Source: a virus. From it: 64,000 nucleotides of DNA. The stretch lies in IMG/VR virus record IMGVR_UViG_3300042453_001086, positions 125,883-189,882 of that record. The stretch is one strand, 5' to 3'. The notes under the pieces were generated by a model. It was not told the DNA's origin and did no database searches. It was given only the letters and a program-made list of their open reading frames with translations. The position numbers were made by a program, and so were the translations under genes. This document shows positions 1 to 6,482 of this stretch, piece by piece. The first letter of the stretch is position 1; each line of letters starts with the position of its first letter.

Positions 1-60
1 TGCTGTGGCATTCTATCTTTCCTTCGTGTCTGTATATTACCACAGCTCTAAGTCCTTCCA

Positions 61-498
61 TCAACAGTCTTCACTACGAACGTCAAAGAAGATAAACAAA
101 CTAACGCTCTTCTTGCGACATTCACGAGGAATAGCACCAGGAGTATTAATCACAGTCGGTGGAACGACCACAGGAGCGCCGCTGGCACCCTGAAAGAACG
201 AGGGGGGTTGATATTGTACAGTACTCTGATATTGTGCAACTTTCTGTTCTTTTTTGTATACACCAATCGAAGACTGCTCAATCCAACTCAGACTAGTCGC
301 TTTACCTGCAGATACTTCGGCATTATAAAGATTACGAAGATATCCTTCACCAGGAGAGATTTTGTATGTACCACCGTTCTTATCGGTGACTACACCTCCT
401 CTCGGTCTGGAGGCTACTTCGTATCCAGGATAGAGACCTGCAGCAAAACTTGCAGATGGCAGAAGCGCCAAACTCAAAAGTACTGGGAGTGTTTTCAT
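61..498 (-). CDS. hypothetical secreted/membrane protein
   Basis: 145-aa ORF with N-terminal signal-peptide-like MKTLPVLLSLALLPSASFA; canonical promoter upstream. Confidence 0.7.
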   Translation of the reverse strand: MKTLPVLLSLALLPSASFAAGLYPGYEVASRPRGGVVTDKNGGTYKISPGEGYLRNLYNAEVSAGKATSLSWIEQSSIGVYKKEQKVAQYQSTVQYQPPSFFQGASGAPVVVPPTVINTPGAIPRECRKKSVSLFIFFDVRSEDC

Positions 499-528
499 GA
501 TTAAATCGGGTTGTCGTTTTCTGGTTGA

Positions 529-557
529 ATCTTAGCACGGGACGTGCGGGTTGTCAA
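529..557 (-). promoter_or_regulatory. sigma70-type promoter
   Basis: TTGACA-17-TAAGAT with extended TGc. Confidence 0.8.
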
Positions 558-797
558 GATCTTAACGAGTTCTTTCAAAGTCATCCAAATGTATGAGAGT
601 TCCTCTGCTTTTGTCGTTTGAGTCGTTAGAGTCCTGTGAGGTTTTTTGAGCATTTTTGTTGGAGAAAAAATTTTAAAATGAAAGCGTAATCACTCTCGCG
701 TTTTCAAAGTTTTGTAGGTTTATAGTATCTATGGGTTTTCGCTCGGCCGCGCCCGTCGCACGGGCGTCGCACCGTTGGACTGTCCTCAGGTGCGACT

Positions 798-1045
798 GTG
801 CTAGGATGGTGGGTCATGCAGTCGCCGCGGCCAGTGCCTTGCGAACCACGGCGGACATGCCAGGGCTGATGGTGCTGCGCCCCTTGCTGCCATGGGTCGG
901 CAAGATCACATCAGTCTGCCAGGCGGGGTGATTCCAGATCTGATGCGATGCTGTCGTGCGCTTGAGCACAGCGCCGCTCGCTCTCAGATCTCGCTCTGCT
1001 TGCTTCCACTTGAGGGGTGATGGCATGGTGCTAGGATGATGGGTC
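798..1045. repeat. 18-bp direct repeat flanking hicA
   Basis: GTGCTAGGATGGTGGGTC at 798-815 and GTGCTAGGATGATGGGTC at 1028-1045 (1 mismatch). Confidence 0.85.
814..1026 (-). CDS. hicA: HicA-family mRNA interferase-like protein (orphan)
   Basis: 70 aa from MPSPLKW: WKQAERDLRASGAVLKRTTASHQIWNHP..VILPTH..ISPGMSAVVRKAL follows the HicA pattern (helix-(G/A)SH-x4-HP-VxVPxH-xxGxLxxI); no HicB adjacent. Confidence 0.7.
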   Translation of the reverse strand: MPSPLKWKQAERDLRASGAVLKRTTASHQIWNHPAWQTDVILPTHGSKGRSTISPGMSAVVRKALAAATA

Positions 1046-1078
1046 GTCTGCAGGGGGTGCCCCCGTAGGGGGGGGGGG

Positions 1079-1276
1079 TCAGTGCTCAAACGTGGGGATC
1101 TTGGCGATTGCCTCATCATGATGGGTCTCGGCGTACTGGGCGGCGAGCACAGAGGCGGGCAGTCCCCAGTGGATGAACTGAGAGGGGCGGCTGCCGTTCT
1201 TCAGTTGATCCGCCCTGCTGATCCATTTGATCTGGCGGGTCTCAAGGTCAGAGCACTGGGCGAGGGGGAAGCGCAT
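1079..1276 (-). CDS. hypothetical early protein
   Basis: 65-aa ORF directly downstream of a promoter repeat. Confidence 0.75.
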   Translation of the reverse strand: MRFPLAQCSDLETRQIKWISRADQLKNGSRPSQFIHWGLPASVLAAQYAETHHDEAIAKIPTFEH

Positions 1277-1322
1277 GGTAGGGGGGGGGTGTTGATTGAT
1301 CTTAGTCTACAGGGTCAGCGCC

Positions 1323-1475
1323 TCAGCGCCCATCCCAGCAGACAGTCGCCCAACCGTCCCGCTCCATACGGCGGCGGTCGAAGTCGTCGGCATCCCAGCG
1401 GTCGTCGAAGTCCATGTCGAAGATCTCGCCAGGGGCGTCTTGAATCTCGGTGAAGCAGGTGTCGAAGTCGGTCAT
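1323..1475 (-). CDS. small acidic early protein
   Basis: Hand-translated 50 aa MTDFDTCFTEIQDAPGEIFDMDFDDRWDADDFDRRRMERDGWATVCWDGR behind a promoter repeat. Confidence 0.75.
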   Translation of the reverse strand: MTDFDTCFTEIQDAPGEIFDMDFDDRWDADDFDRRRMERDGWATVCWDGR

Positions 1476-1518
1476 GGGTCGTTTCGTTTGATTGATCTTA
1501 GTCTACAGGGTCAGGGGG

Positions 1519-1668
1519 TCAGCGGCAGTCAGTCTCGGACACTTGGCACATTGTCACAGCGAGGCGGTCGGCGTGTGCCTTGGTGATCTGCAGACCAGCA
1601 GAGAGGGCGTTGCCACCAACCCAGAGGCAGAGGGCGAGAGTGCCGAGGGGGAAGATCAGGCGGGTCAT
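1519..1668 (-). CDS. small membrane-anchored early protein
   Basis: Hand-translated 49 aa MTRLIFPLGTLALCLWVGGNALSAG..., behind a promoter repeat. Confidence 0.7.
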   Translation of the reverse strand: MTRLIFPLGTLALCLWVGGNALSAGLQITKAHADRLAVTMCQVSETDCR

Positions 1669-1745
1669 GGTCGGTTCGTTTCGATGCTGTTAGTCTACAG
1701 GGTCAGGGGTGGCGTTGACGGTCGCCGCGGCCACCCTGCTGACTG

Positions 1746-1937
1746 TCACATCACATAGAGACCGTGGGCAGCATAGAGAGCGGGATAGTTGGTGCGCCAG
1801 TTGGCGAGGCGAGCCACCAGGGTCTCATCATCGGCACGGTGGTGAAGATCGATCAACCACTGGGGGGTGCTACCATGCTCTGCCTTGAACATGGCGAGCA
1901 GGGAAGCGATGGCACGGATGCGAGCGGTAGCGGTCAT
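1746..1937 (-). CDS. hypothetical early protein
   Basis: 63-aa ORF behind a promoter repeat. Confidence 0.75.
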   Translation of the reverse strand: MTATARIRAIASLLAMFKAEHGSTPQWLIDLHHRADDETLVARLANWRTNYPALYAAHGLYVM

Positions 1938-1978
1938 GGGTCGTTTCGTTTGGTTGATGCTGTTAGTCTACAGGGTGC

Positions 1979-2173
1979 TCAGTTGCACCAGGCGGCAAGG
2001 TGTGCCACTTCGCCAGCCGTCTCCTCTAAGGTCGCCTCGGTCAGACCAGCCAGGCAGGCTTCCAGATCATCGGGGTCGATGCGGTCGATGTCACCATTGA
2101 TCTCCCATGCCTGTGCCTCAGCGAGGGCGAGGCAGCGATCACGAAGCGAGAGGGTGAAGGTTTTGTTTTTCAT
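1979..2173 (-). CDS. hypothetical early protein (probably leaderless)
   Basis: ATG lies 6 nt after the TAGACT -10. Confidence 0.75.
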   Translation of the reverse strand: MKNKTFTLSLRDRCLALAEAQAWEINGDIDRIDPDDLEACLAGLTEATLEETAGEVAHLAAWCN

Positions 2174-2182
2174 GCTGTTAGT

Positions 2183-2407
2183 CTACAGGCAGACGGTCTC
2201 GTGGCGCTGCAGGCAGTGACAGTTCACCCACTGTCCCAGCGAGCGGTCGCTGTTCCACATCAGCGACAGGATGGCACGACGGGACGCCTTGAGGCGATAG
2301 CGCACCCCATAGTAGCGTTGGAAGGTCACCCGAACAGTGCCCGTGATAGGATTGACGCTCATCTCATCGATAGCGGTGCTGCCGAAGGTGTTGATGGGGT
2401 AGCGCAT
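2183..2407 (-). CDS. KTSC-like domain protein
   Basis: STAIDEMSV..VRVTF..Y....SLGQWVN pattern resembles KTSC. Confidence 0.45.
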   Translation of the reverse strand: MRYPINTFGSTAIDEMSVNPITGTVRVTFQRYYGVRYRLKASRRAILSLMWNSDRSLGQWVNCHCLQRHETVCL

Positions 2408-2488
2408 TGCTTGTCTGTGGTTGATGCTGTTAGTCTACAGGGTCGGGATGGGGGATCGGGGGCAGCGTGTGCCACCCCCTCAACTGTC

Positions 2489-2917
2489 CTAGTAGTCGCT
2501 GAAGATGTAGACGTTACGGTAACCCTTCTCACAGGCAGTGAAATCGTAACGCAGGGAAGAATCGTAAGTTGCCTCCCAATCTACAACCAAAGCAGAGGGC
2601 ACATCGTACAGTTCATCATAATACTGCTCAGCGAAGTCTGCAGTCGAATCGTAGTTGCCACGGTAGCGTTCTTCGCAACCCTCAACATAGCAAACGTCGC
2701 CCATCTCTTCGATCAGGGCATCAACGGCATCGTAACCGATTGCCTCACCAGCGGTGCAATAGTCTTCATAATGTGCAACGAAATCGCTCTCGTTGTGGTT
2801 GTCGATGAACTCCAGCATGTCATCCAGAGCATAGTTCTCATCGAGCAATTCGTCGATCTTCTCAACAGTAGCAGCAGCGAGAACTTCTTTGTAGTTGGCA
2901 GTCAAGGTGACGGACAT
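2489..2917 (-). CDS. ardA: ArdA-like antirestriction (DNA-mimic) protein
   Basis: Highly acidic 142 aa; RYRGNYDSTADFAEQYYDELYDVPSALVVDWEATY matches the ArdA C-terminal pattern (YxGxYDSxxDFA..E..xxP..IDWE). Confidence 0.7.
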   Translation of the reverse strand: MSVTLTANYKEVLAAATVEKIDELLDENYALDDMLEFIDNHNESDFVAHYEDYCTAGEAIGYDAVDALIEEMGDVCYVEGCEERYRGNYDSTADFAEQYYDELYDVPSALVVDWEATYDSSLRYDFTACEKGYRNVYIFSDY

Positions 2918-2996
2918 TTGCTTTGTTTGGTTGATGGAATCAGTCTACAGGGTCAGGGTGGGGTCTGTGGCGACCCCTGTGCCACTTGTCAGAGTG

Positions 2997-3161
2997 TCAC
3001 ATGCCGTTCATGAAATCGGCAAGGGCTTCGAGATACTGGGCTTTGGTCTCAAAGGTCCGACCGTAGATAGTACGGGGGTACTCTGCCTCAGGGGCGGGAG
3101 CGTTGCTGGGCTCCTTGCCCTGGGAGAGGATCTGTTGCACGTAGGGGTTGTTTTTGTTCAT
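2997..3161 (-). CDS. hypothetical early protein (probably leaderless)
   Basis: Hand-translated 54 aa MNKNNPYVQQILSQGKEPSNAPAPEAEYPRTIYGRTFETKAQYLEALADFMNGM; ATG 6 nt after TAGACT. Confidence 0.75.
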   Translation of the reverse strand: MNKNNPYVQQILSQGKEPSNAPAPEAEYPRTIYGRTFETKAQYLEALADFMNGM

Positions 3162-3223
3162 GCTGTTAGTCTACAGGGTCAGGGGTCAGGGTGCGAGGCG
3201 GTGTGTGCCACCTTGCCAACTGG

Positions 3224-3460
3224 TCAGGGCAGCATCGCCAGACGCTCAGCGAGTCGCGCCTTCGCTTGGATCTCCTCAAGTGCAGGGATCTGTTCAATCC
3301 AGCGCATCTCACACTTAGAGTAATCGTAACCCTGAGATTCCAATTCTTTCATGTATGCCACAGCAGCGGAGTGATAATCGAACAGGCGCAGGGAATCGAA
3401 ATCCTCACCTTCATAATCCCATCCGCCGATGACAGCGTAGGCGCGGGGAGTGTCGGTCAT
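3224..3460 (-). CDS. hypothetical early protein
   Basis: 78-aa ORF behind a promoter repeat. Confidence 0.75.
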   Translation of the reverse strand: MTDTPRAYAVIGGWDYEGEDFDSLRLFDYHSAAVAYMKELESQGYDYSKCEMRWIEQIPALEEIQAKARLAERLAMLP

Positions 3461-3527
3461 GTCGTTTCGTTTGAACTGAGATCAGTATAGGGTGGAGAGG
3501 GGGCCGCGGCGACCCCCAGTGGACAGT

Positions 3528-3716
3528 TCAGAGATTGCCCATCAGAGCGGATGCTACGATCTCGCCAGCACCTGCCAGGTCATCCCGAACGATCAGGCGG
3601 AGCATCTCAGCACCCTCGGTGGACTGGTGGAGCATACGGACGTGCCCATCAGCAGCGTTTGGGCAGTTGCCGTGAACGATGGCGATAGCGAGGGCGGTTG
3701 CTTCGGTCTTGGTCAT
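3528..3716 (-). CDS. hypothetical early protein
   Basis: 62-aa ORF behind a promoter repeat. Confidence 0.7.
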   Translation of the reverse strand: MTKTEATALAIAIVHGNCPNAADGHVRMLHQSTEGAEMLRLIVRDDLAGAGEIVASALMGNL

Positions 3717-3805
3717 GTGGTTGTCTGAACTGAGATCAGTCTACAGGCAGGGGGTGGCCGCGGCGGGTGCTAGTGTGCCACCTTGGGTACTGGCCGCGGC
3801 CACCT

Positions 3806-3841
3806 AGACAAACGCCCCCTAGGCGATTAACCTAGAGGGCG
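3806..3841 (-). terminator. intrinsic terminator
   Basis: Minus strand CGCCCTCTAGG-TTAATCG-CCTAGGGGGCG followed by TTTGTCT. Confidence 0.65.
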
Positions 3842-3912
3842 GGAGGGGAGGGAAGCACAGGCAGACAGCGAGTAGTATGGGTGAACTACTCGCGGCCGCC
3901 GAGTTTGTGTTA

Positions 3913-4449
3913 CTAACCCTCGATGATGTTAGTGATAGTTTCGATCATAATGTCGCTCATCTCGTCAACACTGAAACCGTCAACTTTACAATGCAGGTTG
4001 TTAACGCCCACCTGAACTTCACCCATCACACCAAACAGTCCCTGGTGTGCAATGTGCAAGATACGATGAATCGGATTGCCAGCAGTTACACCAGTGCCAG
4101 ATGCAAACGTAACGTAAGTTGCAGTGGGATTGATAGCACGAACGATGAAATTGTTTTTGTACCAGCGTTCGATTGCGTTGCCTTTATCGTTTTGTTTCTT
4201 ACTCTCAAAGCAGGCAATCAGTTCACCTTTGTAGAACCAAACCCCACCATCAGGGGCACACGATCCGATGCCACCAGGGATCTGAGATTGATCGAGTTTG
4301 GATTGTACAATCAGATCAGGATAGGTGCTGCTGAGAATGTTTGCCACATGAAACATTGCCGATTTGGCGTTATCATCCATCGCCTTAGACTGCTCATCAA
4401 ATGCAGTCGTGCCAGGTTGAATGCCGCCTTTGAATGTAGTGTGGTGCAT
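3913..4449 (-). CDS. EcoRI-fold type II restriction endonuclease
   Basis: 178 aa from MHHTTF (start chosen because a promoter sits at 4472-4500); PDGG...ESKKQ...GNAIERWYKN parallels EcoRI PDGG...EAKHQG...GNAIERSHKN. Confidence 0.8.
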   Translation of the reverse strand: MHHTTFKGGIQPGTTAFDEQSKAMDDNAKSAMFHVANILSSTYPDLIVQSKLDQSQIPGGIGSCAPDGGVWFYKGELIACFESKKQNDKGNAIERWYKNNFIVRAINPTATYVTFASGTGVTAGNPIHRILHIAHQGLFGVMGEVQVGVNNLHCKVDGFSVDEMSDIMIETITNIIEG

Positions 4450-4518
4450 GTGATTTGTTTGATCTGAGAGTAATGTATCAGGGGTGGGGGAGCATTGCAA
4501 CCCCCCTTGTGCCACTTC

Positions 4519-4704
4519 CTAAACTGTCACATCCTCCAGCAGTTCAGGATAGTATTGTGCTACCTCTTCATTTAGCTCTTCATCATTATACTTATCGTAT
4601 CCCTCCATGAGATAATCGTAGCACAAACATGTCATGGTCTTAAGATCCATGTCATCCAACATTTGCTGGACAAGTTGATCCTGAAGAGTTTTGCGATCCA
4701 TCAT
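4519..4704 (-). CDS. acidic hypothetical protein
   Basis: 61-aa ORF tiling the operon. Confidence 0.7.
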   Translation of the reverse strand: MMDRKTLQDQLVQQMLDDMDLKTMTCLCYDYLMEGYDKYNDEELNEEVAQYYPELLEDVTV

Positions 4705-4829
4705 TTGCGAAGGGGAGAGTTGTAGTAGGAACGAAACACCGAAATCACAATGATAGCGGTGGAGATGACACCAACCAAACCGAGGTAGGTTACAGCGTCA
4801 CCAGTGAAAGTGTAGGAATCAGGCATCAT
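4701..4829 (-). CDS. small single-pass membrane protein
   Basis: Hand-translated 42 aa MMPDSYTFTGDAVTYLGLVGVISTAIIVISVFRSYYNSPLRK; overlaps both neighbours. Confidence 0.65.
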   Translation of the reverse strand: MMPDSYTFTGDAVTYLGLVGVISTAIIVISVFRSYYNSPLRK

Positions 4830-4962
4830 CACGCATCTCAGTTAGGATTTCATGTAGCAGTTCAACATCGGTGCCCATCAGTTCACTCACCTCATCCCAA
4901 TCATCATGGAACTCGATGAGAGAAATCAGACAATCAATTTGCTCGAAAGTGAGAGTTTGCAT
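4819..4962 (-). CDS. acidic hypothetical protein
   Basis: 47 aa from MQTLTFEQ. Confidence 0.65.
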   Translation of the reverse strand: MQTLTFEQIDCLISLIEFHDDWDEVSELMGTDVELLHEILTEMRDDA

Positions 4963-4969
4963 GTCAGAT

Positions 4970-5131
4970 TCAGGCAGCGACGACATCAGCAGGGGTGAGA
5001 TCAATGTATGCTTCAACGCCAGCAATGTGCATAGATTGAACCATAATCCATGCCAGATTCTCGGGCACTTGAATCATACGCTCTTTACCATCTTTGGCGT
5101 CAGTGTAATACAAATCGCGGGTGTCAGTCAT
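4970..5131 (-). CDS. hypothetical early protein
   Basis: 53 aa from MTDTRDL, behind a promoter repeat. Confidence 0.7.
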   Translation of the reverse strand: MTDTRDLYYTDAKDGKERMIQVPENLAWIMVQSMHIAGVEAYIDLTPADVVAA

Positions 5132-5444
5132 TTGCTTTGTTTGTTTGACTCTGTTAGTATTGCACCAAATCAGGGGCAATGGGAGAACACTGTGCCAGTT
5201 CTCAAAGTGGCACAGGGTCACTTGACATCGATATCAGAATGCGATAGCTTCAAGGGTAGGTACATTCTGATCAAGAATCGGCATGTAGTTAGTGTCACTT
5301 TCGACCACAACATCGTCGGTCAAAGTGTCAAGAACTGCCAGCAGTTCGCTACCATTAGCGGCACGATTGAGCAGGGAAAGCATCACAGTTTTGGTCATGA
5401 TTAGAGTGTGGTAGGGTATACTTAGGAGTTAGTATTGAATATGA

Positions 5445-5573
5445 TTAGATATCATATTCAATATTCATTACATCTTCGATAACATAATCATCGATGATAT
5501 AAGCATCTTCATCTAGGAAGATATCAGCCATTTCTTGTTCAACGATTTCAGTATACATTTCAGAAACAGTCAT
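5445..5573 (-). CDS. very acidic 42-aa peptide
   Basis: Hand-translated MTVSEMYTEIVEQEMADIFLDEDAYIIDDYVIEDVMNIEYDI; GGAG Shine-Dalgarno upstream. Confidence 0.6.
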   Translation of the reverse strand: MTVSEMYTEIVEQEMADIFLDEDAYIIDDYVIEDVMNIEYDI

Positions 5574-5599
5574 TAGTTAACTCCTTTGATTGTTAGTAG

Positions 5600-5733
5600 T
5601 TATAACTTTAATTTATATCTTAAAGTTATAAATGTTAAACTTTTTAAACTTTTGAGGTTTCTAAGTTTTTCAAGTTTTCAAAGTTTTCATGTTTTCTGAA
5701 ACTCTACAAAACTTGAAAAACTTAGAAACCTCA
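5600..5733. repeat. two stacked perfect inverted repeats (12 bp and 26 bp arms)
   Basis: TTATAACTTTAA 5600-5611 / TTAAAGTTATAA 5620-5631; TGAGGTTTCTAAGTTTTTCAAGTTTT 5653-5678 / its reverse complement 5708-5733. Confidence 0.9.
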
Positions 5734-5740
5734 GGAATCT

Positions 5741-6055
5741 TCAGTTCAGGCGCATTCCAGAAAAGAAAGGAATCGCGCCACCTTCCTGATTCACAAACCA
5801 CTGAAACTTGTGCTGAAACACACTCTCACCAGGCACACCATGCTCACGCAGGATAGCATTCAGGCGAGACTTGGTGGTGTTAGTTTGCCAACCACCATCA
5901 AAGAGAGTAACAAAGCACTCGCCAATCTCAGCGATCTTGTTACCATGCAGGAACACTTCGCTCACACCATCGTTAGTAACAACTTTGGTGTTGTCTTTCT
6001 GCCAGTTGGTGCCAGCGGTGATGGCGGCGTTCATTTGGCGTTCGATGAGGCGCAT
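5741..6055 (-). CDS. conserved cyanophage hypothetical protein
   Basis: 104 aa (VFLHGNKIAEIG...GGWQTNTTKSRLNA); own promoter. Confidence 0.8.
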   Translation of the reverse strand: MRLIERQMNAAITAGTNWQKDNTKVVTNDGVSEVFLHGNKIAEIGECFVTLFDGGWQTNTTKSRLNAILREHGVPGESVFQHKFQWFVNQEGGAIPFFSGMRLN

Positions 6056-6079
6056 GGGTCGTTTGCTGTTGACTTAGGT

Positions 6080-6108
6080 AGTATGGACGATATCAGGGGG
6101 AATGTCAA
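6080..6108 (-). promoter_or_regulatory. sigma70 promoter with -35 in a stem-loop
   Basis: TTGACA-17-CATACT; TCAGGGGG-TTGACATT-CCCCCTGA hairpin. Confidence 0.85.
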
Positions 6109-6133
6109 CCCCCTGAGTGATTAGTGTTGCTTA

Positions 6134-6304
6134 TCAGACGGTGGCAGGTGCCAAAGAAACTTCAATACGTCTCAGGTTCAGCCCAGCCAGTTGCGAGTTT
6201 ACACGCTTGCTGATAAACTCAGTCGGTTCTTTGAGGCGAGAGACTTCATACCAGATAGTACGGCAACCGTCCCAAGTCTCAACCTGAATCCGAACAGTTT
6301 TCAT
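6134..6304 (-). CDS. hypothetical protein
   Basis: 56 aa from MKTVRIQ, start fixed by the promoter at 6328-6356. Confidence 0.7.
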   Translation of the reverse strand: MKTVRIQVETWDGCRTIWYEVSRLKEPTEFISKRVNSQLAGLNLRRIEVSLAPATV

Positions 6305-6327
6305 GGGGAATTCCCGACGACTCATGT

Positions 6328-6356
6328 AGTATGGATCAGATCGGGGCAAAAGTCAA
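6328..6356 (-). promoter_or_regulatory. sigma70 promoter
   Basis: TTGACT-17-CATACT. Confidence 0.8.
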
Positions 6357-6409
6357 CCCCCCTAACCATTACCCTTGCTTATGAGTCTGATTAGGGGGGC
6401 TTATGAGAG

Positions 6410-6473
6410 TTTTCCACAACCCTGTGGAAAACTATTGAGAGTTTTCCACAGGTTTTAGTATATCTGTGGAAAA
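6410..6473. promoter_or_regulatory. cluster of four DnaA boxes (TTTTCCACA)
   Basis: TTTTCCACA 6410-6418 and 6442-6450; reverse TGTGGAAAA 6423-6431 and 6465-6473. Confidence 0.75.
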
Positions 6474-6482
6474 CTATTTACT

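Larger units (their letters stand above)
1291..5215 (-). repeat. array of ~12 repeated early promoter/leader modules, about one per gene
   Basis: Recurrent plus-strand (GTTTCGTTTGG)TTGATGCTGTTAGTCTACAGGG; -10 at 1304, 1500, 1692, 1965, 2180, 2432, 2942, 3168, 3738 (TAGACT), 3484 (TATACT), 4472 (TACATT), 5156 (AATACT); GTGCCA-type motif 30-31 bp upstream. Confidence 0.9.

Noticed and set aside
1079-1276. HicB antitoxin upstream of hicA
   Set aside because: No HicB-like pattern (no RNase-H-like YxVxxPDLPGC motif or DNA-binding tail) is recognisable
3913-4515. The 200-aa ORF call starting at 4515
   Set aside because: The first 22 codons overlap the promoter module; the start at 4449 fits the leader pattern
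1291-5215. CRISPR array (regular ~200-bp repeats)
   Set aside because: The spacers are whole ORFs of 150-430 bp, the repeats are degenerate promoters with -10 boxes, and no cas genes are present
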